From contig NC_043020.1 of NCBI RefSeq assembly GCF_006345805.1, positions 28,954,001-29,018,000 of the forward strand: a DNA stretch of 64,000 nt, read 5' to 3'. The DNA comes from Octopus sinensis. Lineage: Eukaryota. The position numbers were made by a program, and so were the translations under genes. Below are positions 26,719 through 39,190 of this stretch, in pieces. Within the stretch, counting starts at the first letter, position 1. Each line of letters opens with the position of its first letter. The notes beneath the pieces were generated by a model. That model saw nothing but the letters and a program-made list of their open reading frames with translations, made no database searches and had not been told where the DNA came from.

Positions 26719-27596
26719 TTAATGTAAAAAAGATATTTGTAGCGTTTTTTATGCACTACCCCACCTCCTCCATGACCCGCAATAATTTTCCTTATATTCT
26801 CTCAAACTGTAAATTCACCACTGCCCCACACCTCACCAATTCTGTCTTCATCTCAATTGTCTGTCATTCCTTCACACATCTTGCAAACCTCCCTACCCAT
26901 CCAGCCATCCTCAATTCCCTGCCCCCTATTCTCTCTCCACCCATCTTCCTGTACTTCTATGTCACCCAATGCTGGATTAACCATTAAGCAAAACGAGCAG
27001 GTGCTTGGGGCATGAAGGGGAAGCGGAACACCACAGAAATAGTAGATGCCTACAATAGTATTTATGGTGCACGACACATTTGTCTTGGATTTGGAAGCTT
27101 TACAAATTCCAGTGAACCAAATATGACATTCACAGGGCGAACTCAAGATAACAATCGCCCCTGTTCATTCTACGTCAATTTGGTTTTCCCTATTAAACAC
27201 AGCTCGGGTGTGACACATACTTGGCAGGTGGCTGTAGTTGTTACAATTATGTATATATTTAGGCTCAACACACATACACGCAAACGTTCTGAACTTCCCA
27301 CTTGTATTACATTAATATAAGAAAACAAAGAAAAAGGTCCCATAATATAAAGACCAAGGGATGCTGAATATATAAACAAAAAACCAAATGACGCAATGAC
27401 GGACATAATTATCGACCGCTTATAAAACGGCGGGACAAATAAACCATTATATATATAAATATATAAAGCTATTTCCGGAAATTTTCAGTACCAAAAACTA
27501 TGCGTTTAACAAGTTCCGGTTAGGAAGGAATGATCACAGCCATTATTTTCGAATTTCCCCACCTCTCACATAAACGTAAATCTATATAATTCCAAG

Positions 27597-27917
27597 CAGT
27601 GGTTTTCAACAAGGGACCATATATTGGCCCCCAGGGGTCCACATAAGATTTTAGTGTTAAAATTTATGTCCAATAAACTGATTGTTATTCTACAACACAG
27701 GAAATATTTTTAACGATTTTTTGAAAATACAATTATTAATGGTATTTAATTTTAAAAGTATTACTCTTTTACTTGTTTCAGTCATTTCACTGTGGCCATG
27801 CTGGAGCACCGCCTTTTAGTCGAACAAATCGACCCCAGGACTTATTCTTTGTAAGCCTAGTACTTATTCTATAGGTCTCTTTTTGGGGGGACAAACGGAC
27901 ACACTATCACACACACA

Positions 27918-27959
<42 letters not shown>

Positions 27960-28182
27960 GACGGGCTTCTTTCAGTTTCCGTCTACCAAATCCACTCACA
28001 AGGCTTTGGTTGGCCTGAGGCTATAGTTGAAGACACTTGCCCTAGGTGCCACGCAGTGGGATTGAACCTGGAACCATTAGAGGATTTTTCAAACATTGAA
28101 TTGCTATGAGTGTCTATCAGAGTTACATAGGAACCACAGGAGGTTCCATAGGTAAAAAAAAAAAAATGGCCTAGAAATACTG
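27597..28182. mobile_element. hAT (Charlie-like) MITE with a nested CORE-like SINE (~27760-28075)
   Basis: Left end CAGTGGTTTTCAAC and degenerate right end TAGAAATACTG. TSD is only partly conserved. Confidence 0.55.
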
Positions 28183-29918
28183 ACTTAAAGAGTATCTGCG
28201 GAAAATCTTCACTTTTAAAAAGAAATCCATACGTTTTTAAGAAAGTTAAGTCGGGGTGAATGGGGGTGGAGAAATTATCCGAAACTTTTCAAATAAAAGG
28301 GGAAAAAATTTGTTTTACAACTTTTTCAAACATAACCGTAATCTACATTTTATCTCTGAGAAATTTTCATTGGGAGAAGACCCACTTCTGTAGTTATGTC
28401 ATGTATAAGAAGCAGGCGTGGCTGTTATGGTAGGATGTTAGCTACCGCACTGCATGGCAAGTTAAAGGGTCTTCTGCTAGAGGCTCAGACCTACCAAAGC
28501 ATTGTGAGGGGAATTGGCAGACGGAAACTGAAAGAAACTAGTCTTGTGTGTGTCTTAGACTCCCTACCACCGCTTGACGACCCGTCGTTAGAGCCCGTAA
28601 CTTAGGGGTTCGGCAACAGATACCGATAGAATAAGTAACGGGCTTAAAATAAGTACTGGGGAAGGATTTATTCGGTTAAACCCTACAAATCGTAGCCACA
28701 GTCCAATGACTGGAACAAGACGAAACCCATGCGCGCGCGCAATGACTGGCAATCTTTACGTTTAGCGTCCTAAATTACTATTTTTGAAAAAAAAATTCTC
28801 TTGCGTGAGAGAAAACAAAACAAATGTGTCGTACAAATGCACCAAACTCAGAATTTCACGAGGAAAAGCAATTTCATTGTCTAATTAACGTATTTTATTA
28901 CGTGACGGTTTTTTTTTTGTTTGTTTTAATTGCTACTTAAATTTTCTTCTCAAAAGCCAGAAACACTTGAGTCACGCCGTTGCTGTCTCTATTCAAACTG
29001 ACTGAAACAAAAACGGTCTGCAATGTCTCATTAATTCTTTGCCTGAATAAAATAGATAAAAACAAAGACTACTCGTGGTGGTGGTGGTGGAGAAAGTGTG
29101 TGTGGGGCAAGCAAATTTCCAGGGTCTACAAAGAGTCTTCTGTTTAGGCCCAGACATACCAAAGCATTGTGAGGGGAATTGGCAGACGGAAACTGAAAGA
29201 AACTAGTCTTGTGTGTGTCTTAGACCCCCACCGCCGCTTGACGACCCGTCGTTAGAGCCCGTGACTCTTTATATCCGTTTGTTTGACATTGGTCTGCAGC
29301 CATGCTGGAGCACCGCCAGAGACGGTTCAGTCGAACAAACATCCATGCCAGTACTTAATTTTATATATCTGGTACTTAACTTATTCTACGAGCCTCTAGT
29401 ACCTGAACTGCTAACTTACTTACGGGGACGTAAACAAACCTACACCTGGCGTCAAGCGGTGCTGGGACATAAACTCACACGACGAGCTTCTTTCAGTTTC
29501 CGCCTACAAAATCCACTCACAAAGCTTAGGTCGGTTCGGAGTTTTAGTAAAAGACATGCCCCAGGTGCCGCAGAGTGTAACTGAGCCCAAGACCAAACGG
29601 TTGGGAATCGAGCTTCTTACTTACAGAGCTACGTCCGCAACATTTACAAAATAGAAAAGGTGTTTTTTCAGATTTACCCCCCCCCTCCCAACCGGAAAGT
29701 GAAGACGGAAATGTATTTAGGGCACTAAACACAACTGCATGAAACTTAGTAAAATACTATTCTTAGGTGACCACAGCATGTCTGTAAAATGAAAGCGAAC
29801 CAAGTTTGTGTCCCGGCCACATGGTTCAATACTTCTGCGTGACACCTTGCATAGCCCTGGGCCGACCAAAGCCTTGTGAGTGGATTTGGTAGACGGAAAG
29901 TGAAAGAAGCCCGTCGTA

Positions 29919-29949
<31 letters not shown>

Positions 29950-29965
29950 GCGTGTGTGTAATTGC

Positions 29966-30027
<62 letters not shown>

Positions 30028-30046
30028 AATTGCGTGTATATATATA

Positions 30047-30093
<47 letters not shown>

Positions 30094-33000
30094 GTGTGTG
30101 TGTGTGTGTGTCTGTTTGTCCCCCTAGCATTGCTTGACAACCGATGCTGGTGTGTTTACGTCCCCGTAACTTAGCGGTTCGGCAAAACAGACCAATAGAA
30201 TAAGTACTAGGCTTACAAAGAATAAGTCCCTGGGGTCGATTTGCTCGTCTAAAAAAGGCGGTGCGGTGCTCCAGCATGGCCGCAGTCAAATGACTGAAAC
30301 AAGTAAAAGAGTAAATATCCGTTTTCCTCCTCGAGGGTGAGGAGGAAACGAAATCAGGCGGTGGAGGGCGAACTTGTGCAAGGTTTCGCTGGCTCACCAA
30401 TACGAAAGATACCTTTAGTGTGAAAGACATTCTTTAAAAAAAACTAATAATAATAATCCATGCCTGTAAAGTTTCTTTTCGCCTTTAAGATTTACTAAAT
30501 TGAAAAACAAGCAAAAACAAGCCAAAAAAAAGTCAAGGATCCTCGAGATATTATCGTTAAATAACCGCACGTCCAACATTGATAGACACACAGAGCCCTG
30601 TTGTGACGTAAGGCCGCAACCACGAGTAAACAAGCGTGCCGTTGTTTTACCCCAACCGACAGGCGTTACTTTGTGATGGTTGTTAAAGACCTGTTGAGGA
30701 CAAGGAACCCATAAATGTACTCCCTAAAATATCACACTATCGGGCCGTCACAAACGCAGCCATCTTTAATATATATATATATATATATATATTTCTTTAT
30801 TGCCCACAAGGGGCTAAACACAGAGAGCGATGGTCGAAATACCTATTTATTTACTACCCACAAGGGGCTAAACACAGAAGACAAACAAGGACAGACAAAG
30901 GGATTAAGTCGATTATATCGACCCCAGTGGGTAACTGGTACTTAATTTATCGACTCCGAAAGGATGAAAGGCAAAGTGGACCTCGGCGGAATTTGAACTT
31001 GGAACGTAACGACAGACGAAATACGGCTTTGTGCTAACGTTTCTGCCAGTTCGCCGCCTATGTATATATATATTATTTTTTTTACTGCCCATAAGGGGCT
31101 AAAAATAGAGGGGACAAACAAAGACAAAGGGATTAAGTCGATTACATCGACCCCAGTGCATAACTGGTACTTTATTTATCGACCCCGAAAGGATGAAAGG
31201 CAAAGTCGACCTTGGCTCTTTAATATGTATATTATTCCACTACGTAGGTGCAGGCGTGGTTGTTTGTGGTGAGAAGTTTTCTGCCCAATTATCATGGATT
31301 CGGGTTCGGTTCGACCGCGTGGAACTTTGGGAAAGTGTCTCCTGCTACATAAGCCCCACCCGACCAAAGTCTTGTGAGAGGAATTTGGTGGACGGAAACT
31401 GAAAGAAGCCCGTTGTGTGTGTGTGTGTGTATATATATATATGCATGTTTGCCCCCCCCCCGCTCCCGCCAAAACCCACTCGACAACCGGTGTCGGTGCG
31501 TTCACGTGACTTAGCGGTTCGGCAAAAGAGACCGACAGAATAAGTACTAGGTGAAGAAATTAAAAAGAAAAGTGTTAAGTGATTCGTTGGATTGAAACCT
31601 TGAGAGCAGTGCCCTTACGTCGCACAAATGCAATAACAAAGGAAAAGATAAAACAAACACCATCCGTGCACACACAGGTAACTCTGGTCATTCCACCTGC
31701 CCCACGCGACACCGTCGTGACGTCACAAAGGATTGCAGTGATGTGGCGATTATGCAGGTAGCTGTTGGTGCCGACACGGCTCGGCCGAGCGCCTACTTCC
31801 AGACAAGGAGGGTACTTCACGTGGTCGCGTAACATTTTAGAAATAGCAGCCAAATCTCTCAAGTCAAACCCTAACCTGATTAAGGACGCGGCACTACTTA
31901 AATGCAGAGGTCCCGATGCATCGACCCTAACGATGTTTTTACAGTGCACACTGGTTAGGGGTAGTCTTAGGGTTGCGTAGATGCGTCGGGACCTCTATAT
32001 GTAAGTAGTACCAAGGACGTTCCTTCCTTATCACTCCCTAAAGCCTGTCATTCGTTTCAGCCGTTGGGGCACCGCCACAAAGGGTTTAACAATTTTTTAC
32101 AGAGAATATATTTGGAAATCGTGGCTGTTGTGGTAAGAAGTTCGCTTTCCAACTTACACGGGTTCTGGAATCGATCTCCCAGCTTAGCGCCTCAGATGAC
32201 TAAAGCCTTGTGAGTGAATTTGGAAGATAGAAATTGAAAGAAGCCCGATACGTGGTGTGTGTGTCCCCACCACCACCTCACAACCGGTGTTGGTTTGTTT
32301 ACGTCTTCGTAACTTAGCTGGTAGACAAAAAAAAAAAAAAGGGGGCCGATATAAAAATAAAAAATACCAGGTTTAAAAAAATAAGTACTGGTCGTTATTC
32401 GTTTGCCTAAAAAAAACCTTAGTCAAGGCGGTGCCCCAGCATGGGCGCAATCCAATGACAGAAACAAGTAAAAAAAAAAAATAACGACCGTGTTATAGAA
32501 AGTGTCGAAGCAAATCGAAGTGTTTCCCTATTAAATACGAGGATGCATGTGGTCGTGAAATGAGGTAAAAATCAGGTGAAACCGCCGAGGGATGGCAAAG
32601 GCTGGTGATTACACCATCACGAAGGGATCTCCGTCAGAAAGAATAGGTTCTTTGGAAACAGCAAACGAGGAAAAATCCAGTGTAAGATGTATTCAAAAAT
32701 TCATACACTTTCGTTTTATTTTGAAATGCGGAGTAATAAATAACGAAGAAGCGCCATCTTTACTAAGGAAGGACACGTTGAACGTCGCTTTCGCTGTACA
32801 AAAAGACGGGAGAGTCACGCCTGGAACGCATTTGATTACAGGTCAGCTGGATCAAAGCTCACTTGGTGAGGCTAAACTATAGCCTATGTCGATGTTAAAA
32901 AAAAATATCAGTCAAAGCACAAGCTTGTTTTAAAGGACGATTTAGATACCCTTGTGGAAAAAAAAAAACGACTGGACAGTCGTGGCTGGAATGCCTTTGA

Positions 33001-34885
33001 TCTTAAACCTGCTCAATATCACTGCTGACCTGCAGCTAATCAATAACATATTGCGTCACTTAAAAGAAACATAATTTCGATAATGGCGCTTTATCTAAAT
33101 CTCGCTGAAAAAACAAAAATACAAACACACACACACACACACTCGGGTAGGATAGGCACGCGCTCGCGCGCATACACACACACCCGGTTAAAACCCAGTA
33201 AATACACATGCACTAAAACACACAAACGCGACGAATATATACGTAAACTCATACAGCGAATACGCACACACACAACGAATATATACGTATACTCGTACAG
33301 CGAATACACACACACACACGCGACGAATATATACGTACACTCATACAGCGAACACACACACACAGACATCAAATATACACATACAGCTAATATACACGAG
33401 CACACACACGCACACACATATACACACCTGGCTAATGTGTGTAGAATATTCCAGTACAAAAGTATCGAAGTAAATTCAACAAATACGTTTCTAGAATAAG
33501 TTTAAAAACCTTGAAGACGGTGGTGTGTGTCTGTGTGTGTGTAAGACATCTTTTAAATACGCATAAAATAAATGGTTTCTGAGGAAATATAGGTAAAAGA
33601 AAACCCGTCAAAATAAACAGGTTGGAATAATTGTTTGATGCCTTTTGTTAAAAAGAATGGGAATGGTTAAAGTTATTAAAACCAGAATGATTCATTTAAA
33701 AGACTTGGCCATTTAATTGTGTTCTGAAGACCATTAAAGGTTGTAACTTGTTGGAAGAGGCAACAGGGAGAAGAAAAAATAAAGAGGGAAAAAGCTGTAA
33801 GTAAGACAGGAATAAAAACTTTGGATTTGTGGTGTTGGGTTTAAAGGGAATAGGGATTAAGTGACGTTCATCCCTTTCTCTATAGAAATAGGGATTAACG
33901 ACCACAAAGCTGTTTCCCCGCTTTTTTTTTTAACGAAAAGCAAAACACTTCCTCGCCCAACATTTTGCAACGAACTCAGGAAATAAAGGTGAGGAGGGGA
34001 CAAAAACATGATTTCATTAGGAATAATGATTATATATAGCTTTAATGATTTAAGGGTACAAGGCCCAAATGATTTAAAGGGACGGGGTTAGGCATTACCA
34101 CCGACCACTCCCAAGTTTGACCCCCGCACGGACGAAAGCAGTTGACTTTGGTCAAATTTGAACTCAGGACACAGAGAGATAATCATAACAGTAGTTGCTT
34201 CTAATATTTAGGCGTAAGTCCTGGCATTTTAGAAAGAAAAAACAAACAGTCGATTAAACCGACCCCAGTACATAACTGGTACTTTAATTCTATCGACCTC
34301 ATTGAGGGACGAAAGGTGAAGTTGATCTCAGCAGGATTTGAACTCAGAAGGTAGCCATCTCAAATTCTGCAGATATTTCCTTTTATCATAATAATTATTA
34401 TTTCTTTACTACCCACAAGGGGTTACATGCAGAGGGGACATACAAGGACAGACAGACAAAGGGATTAAGTCGATTATATCGACCCCGGTGCGTAACTGGT
34501 ACTTATTTAATCGACCCCGAAAGGACGAAAGGCTAAGTCGACCTCGGCGGAATTTGAACTCATAATGCTTTTTTAATGTTATTAATATTCCGAAGATAAT
34601 CCAGTTTCTTTCGACAGGAAATCCCTAAACATATACAGAGGACAAAAAAAGAATCCACAACGTGATATTATTACATACAAGCCATGCTTTCTATTTTTTT
34701 TCCCCTCACACCAAAGGAGGGAAGGACAAGGACCTCCTCAGTCGCCAATGTCGACGGGATTAATTAATTAATCTTATTTTCTCAATTAGAAAACAGGTAA
34801 TAAAAAAAACAACAATAACAGAAAGATATAAAATTAATAAAGTATTCACATAATATAATATATATTTAATTATATATATACATAC

Positions 34886-34988
34886 CGATAAACGACGTGG
34901 CTAAAAGCAAAACGAAAATAATCCCAACATATCTCCCAGTAACAAACGTCGAGTACAAGTTCCTGGTGATGGCTGTCATTTTGAACAT
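34886..34988 (-). CDS. CD164: CD164-like gene, first coding exon (signal peptide)
   Basis: ATG at 34988 gives MFKMTAITRNLYSTFVTGRYVGIIFVLLLATSFI+G|GTATGT. The phase-1 donor matches the phase-1 acceptor at 8605 (G|CT = Ala), giving ...LLLATSFIAGVNGIG..., a plausible signal peptide. The joined ORF is 165 aa if there are no internal exons. Confidence 0.8.
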
Positions 34989-35619
34989 GTTTCTTCTAGT
35001 TTATTTATAAAATAGTCTTTTTTTTAATTAGTGTTTCCCTTTTGAATAAGAATCAGACCAGCAACAGACGTCTGATGTATTGTTAAAGCTTAAAAAAACC
35101 CCAAGTGTTGTCCACGTCTGTGAGAGAAGAAGGCAGAGAAGCGAGGTCGGAATTTACTTCTACGACGTCTACAAGGAATTATAAGAGAGAGAGAGAGAGA
35201 TTTGTCTGTGTGTTTGTGTGTGTCTGTGTGTGAATATTTATAAATGAAAAATTTCAGATTTTCCTTCCAGGAAGGAAAGAACAGCGTCAGCGGGCCTTCC
35301 TTGTTGCTTAACAATGTATAACTGTTCGCGACCAGTTCGTGTAAGCCTTATATATATATTCATACAGACATTAATAGAGAATGATATCTCGTCTGACGAG
35401 TCATGGTATATATATATATATATATATGTGTATAGATCTATATATATAGGAAGTTCTGCGACGTTTTCTTCCAGGCAATATCACGGAGGATATCAGTGCA
35501 TATGTATGTGTATATATAATATATATATATTCATATACACACACAGATATAAATATATTTACAAGGCAGAAAGGTGAAATGAAGTGATATTAAATAGTGC
35601 AGGACAGCAGGCAGCTCAC

Positions 35620-35700
35620 CGTTGCTGTAGAGTTCTACTTCCGGTTTCTCTTAGCTACGGATAACAGCACACTCTCGTGCTTCGCCTTTTCTTTCCCTTT
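35620..35700 (-). promoter_or_regulatory. Putative promoter and non-coding first exon of the CD164-like gene
   Basis: CpG-rich stretch with ETS-type CCGGAAGT (35644-35637) and donor CAACG|GTGAGC at 35620/35619. Candidate downstream acceptors are ttcttctctcacag (AG 35119-35118) or ttccttgtag (AG 35170-35169). Confidence 0.5.
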
Positions 35701-35749
35701 CTATCTCTTCATCCCCCTCTCTTTCACTCTCTCTGTCTCTATCTCTTTC

Positions 35750-35910
35750 TCTGCTCCTCTCTCTCTCTCACTCTGTCTCTGTCTCTGTTCCTCTCTCTCT
35801 CTCTCACTCTGTCTCTGTCTCTGTTCCTCTCTCTCTCTCTCACTCTGTCTCTGTCTCTGTTCCTCTCTCTCTCTCTCACTCTGTCTCTGTCTCTGTTCCT
35901 CTCTCTCTCT
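35750..35910. repeat. 36-bp CT-rich minisatellite, about 4 copies (GA-rich on the gene strand)
   Basis: Unit ctctctctctctctcactctgtctctgtctctgttc with a 36-nt period. Confidence 0.85.
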
Positions 35911-36201
35911 ATATCCACCTTGCTGTCTAAATCTCTATCTACCGTCTAGATAATCCAACTGCGTGTGTCTCTTGTCTTATTTTATTTCCTATCTTCGTCT
36001 GTAGCGCTGTTTCATCTCGTCACCCCGCTCTTTCCCTATCTCTGTTGCCCAATGTGCATTTGTAAGCGTGGTATATATATATCCTTGTTGCTTATTTTGA
36101 TTATAATCACCCCATTTGATTTATATGGATAATACCATACCAAACTCTGGTGCCTTTAACTTAAGTACCATATTCATCTGAATCAAAATTTTTACTGAAC
36201 T

Positions 36202-36247
<46 letters not shown>

Positions 36248-36295
36248 CATATATTCTATTCGGAACTATATATATATATATAATATATATATATA

Positions 36296-36440
36296 CCGGA
36301 GTAAGCACATAAATGTGAAACAAGGTGGAAAAGATAGTACTCAAATACCAGAAGTAGAGTAATATGGTTTATTTAAAAGCAGCAGAAATAAAGCAAAAGC
36401 TGTTACTCAGAGTTTCACATTCACGTTCGTCGAACAGTTT
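36296..36440 (-). mobile_element. Penelope-type terminal fragment with type-I hammerhead-like fold (36400-36437)
   Basis: Minus strand CTGT-TCGACGA-ACGT-GA-ATGT-GAA-ACTC-T-GAGT-A-ACAG: stems I, II and III all pair. Inserted in (TA)n. Confidence 0.55.
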
Positions 36441-36448
36441 TAAATAAA

Positions 36449-36482
<34 letters not shown>

Positions 36483-37204
36483 TCATCATCATCATCATTA
36501 CCGTCCGCTTTCCATGCTAGCATTATTTGAACGGTTCAACTGGGGTCTGTGAAGCCAGAAGGCTGCATCAGGCCCAGTCTGATCTGGCAGTGTTTCTACG
36601 GCTGGATGCCCTTCTTAACGCCAACCACTCCGTGAGTGTAGTGGGTGCTTTTTACGTGCCACCCGCACAGGTGCCAGACGGAGCTGGCAAACGGCCACGG
36701 ACTTATGGTGCTTTTTACGTGCCACCGGCACGGGGGCCAGGCGATGCTGGCAACGGCCACGATCGAATGGTGCTTTTTACATGCCACCGGCACGGGGGCC
36801 AGGCGAGGCTGGCAACGGCCACGAACGGATGGTGCTTTTAAGAAGTATTGGGATGGCTAAAAGAGACAGTACAGCTACAGTTCTCTGGCATGTTGGTTCC
36901 TATCAAACCATCCAATCCATGCCAGCATGGAAGATGGGTGCTAAATGATGATAATGATACAATGAATGTCAGAAGTTCTTTAACTTTTGATGCAAAGTTG
37001 CCATTTTTTACCAAATCTCCAGTGCCTCACTAAAATGGATAAGAAACACTAGGACTGGAATGAGATTTGAACTTACATATGACATTATGGGGTCAGTATT
37101 TGGTATTCAAACACCCTTATCTTCACAGCTTTGAATTTAACGTATGATAGCGTCTTATAAAGCTAGATTTATATATATATATATATATATACATACATAC
37201 ATAC

Positions 37205-38332
37205 ATCATCATCATCATTTAGCGTCCGCTTTCCATGCTAGCATGGGTTGGACGGTTCAACTGGGGTCTGTGAAGCTGGAAGGCTTCGTCAGGCCCAGTC
37301 AGATCTGGCAGTGTTTCTACGGCTGGATGCCCTTCCTAACGCCAACCACTCCGTGAGTGTAGTGGGTGCTTTTTACGTGCCACCCGCACAGGTGCCAGAC
37401 AGCTGGCAAACGGCCACGAACGGATGGTGCTTTTACGTGTCACCGGCACGGGGCCAGGCGATGCTGGCAACGGCCACGAACGGATGGTGCTTTTATGTGT
37501 CACCGGCACGGGGGCCAGGTGAGGCTGGCAACGGACACGAACGGATGGTGCTTTTACGTGCCACCGACATGGGGCCAGACAGAGCTGGCAAACAGCCACG
37601 AACGGATGGTGCTTTTATGTGTCACCGGCACGGGGGCCAGGCGAGGCTGGCAACGGACACGAACGGATGGTGCTTTTACGTGCCACCGACACGGGGGCCA
37701 GACAGAGTTGGCAAACGGCCACGAACGGATGGTGCTTTTACGTGTCACCGGCACGGGGCCAGGCGAGGCTGGCAACGGACACGAACGGATGGTGCTTTTA
37801 TGTGCCACCGACACGGGGGCCAGACAGAGTTGGCAAACAGCCACGAACGGATGGTGCTTTTACGTGTCACCGGCACAGGGCCAGGTGAGGCTGGCAACGG
37901 ACACGAACGGATGGTGCTTTTACGTGCCACCGACATGGGGGCCAGGCGAGGCTGGCAGCGGACACGAACGGATGGTTCACTTAACCACAGCTGCAATTCC
38001 CACTGATGTTGATCGACCTCAATTTTGGTTCTGCTTTCTGATATATGATTTGATTTGGTTTGATTTTGATTGTTCTCACTGGTCTTGCCGGGTCTTCTCG
38101 CACACAGCATACTTCCATAGGTCTCGGTCTCTAGTCATTTCCTCAGTGAGACCTAAAGTTCGAAGGTCGTGCTTCACCACCTCGACCCAGGTTTTCCTGG
38201 GTCTGCCTCTTCCACAGGTCCCCTCAACCGCCAGGGTGTGGCACTTTTTCACACAACTATCTTCATCCATTCTCGCCACATGACCATACCAGCGCAATCG
38301 TCTCTCTTGCACACAACATCTGATGCTTCTTA
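37205..38332 (-). mobile_element. 5'-truncated RTE LINE: ORF2 C-terminus, 3'UTR with expanded ~60-bp VNTR and (ATG)n tail
   Basis: ORF 38076-38312 reads QERRLRWYGHVARMDEDSCVKKC...GRGRPRKTW.EVVKHDL. About 10 tandem units lie at 37380-37980, and the tail is catcatcat on the plus strand. Confidence 0.85.
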
Positions 38333-38579
38333 CATATATATATATATATAAATTTATATATACATATGCATATATATATATATATATATATATATAACAC
38401 AGCTGGGCTCAAATGGTTGGACTCCAACCTCTTCATGCAGGGCTAGCGCTTTGGCATCGAAAGTTAGCTATAAGAACAGAGCCTATGAAACTGTTGTGCA
38501 GGTAGAAAGGCAGATAAACACGACCAGGTTTAAATCCCACACACACTGCTCTTTTATTTCTCTTTTTTCTTCTTTCCCT

Positions 38580-39190
38580 CCTCTTTCTTCTTTTTTACAT
38601 CACAATCGCTTTAAATGTGGCCTTTTTTCCACATTTGACGCAAGTAACCTTTTTACCCTTCACTTGAACTCGGGAGGGTAACTTTTTCATCCATGCGTAC
38701 CCAGTCCAGACAGTTTTGAATGTCTTCCAGTGCTCTTTGTATGATGGCTAATTGCTCTGCCCTTTCCAGTATTGGGAGGCAGAGCATGAAATCTGGAGGA
38801 ATTGTATTTTGTCTGTCCTGTTGTACAACAGGGCAGCCATCACCTCCCGAGGGTCTATTTCTGGCGGCACCTCTGTCACCCTCACACGAGAAGTACGCCT
38901 TCCCCTGTAAGAGGGCAGAAGCGCCACCACTTTCGTCTTCAAGGTGCTAACCGAGTACTCCTGCGCCAACTTCTCCCTCTTGAAACAGACTTCAATGGTT
39001 GCAAAAACCTCACCCCTTGCTATATGAGTAATATCATTCCACACAGGGGCGAGGTATTTCTCGATAACATTTTCTTTGAGATGTTTAAAACATCTTCCTT
39101 CTATACAGAAGGATCTGAAGACCACAGTTCTCTTCTCTATTTCTTCAGCATCGGACCCAGGCGTTATCTTGATATCCTTGTCTTCGGTAG
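38580..39190 (-). mobile_element. Decayed ORF1 (gag-like) of a Tx1/L1-like LINE
   Basis: KRTVVFRS...VIEKYLAP...FATIEVCF...RVRVTEVPPEID. After frameshifts, TGC GTC AAA TGT GGA AAA AA(A) GGC CAC ATT TAA AGC GAT TGT restores a CX2CX4HX4C zinc knuckle (CVKCGKKGHI*SDC). Confidence 0.6.

Noticed and set aside
27221-27406. Hydrophobic ORF ending …VLSLNIYIIVTTTATCQ|gtatgt as an alternative signal-peptide exon
   Set aside because: The donor is phase 0, incompatible with the phase-1 acceptor at 8605. The 34988-34886 exon fits better.
31575-31980. 124-aa and 71-aa ORFs in a CpG-rich patch
   Set aside because: No recognisable domain. A short MVFVLSFPLLLHLCD|gtaagg reading is too short and in the wrong phase.
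37248-38283. 252-aa and 305-aa ORFs
   Set aside because: They are translations of the LINE 3'UTR tandem repeat and the antisense of RTE ORF2.
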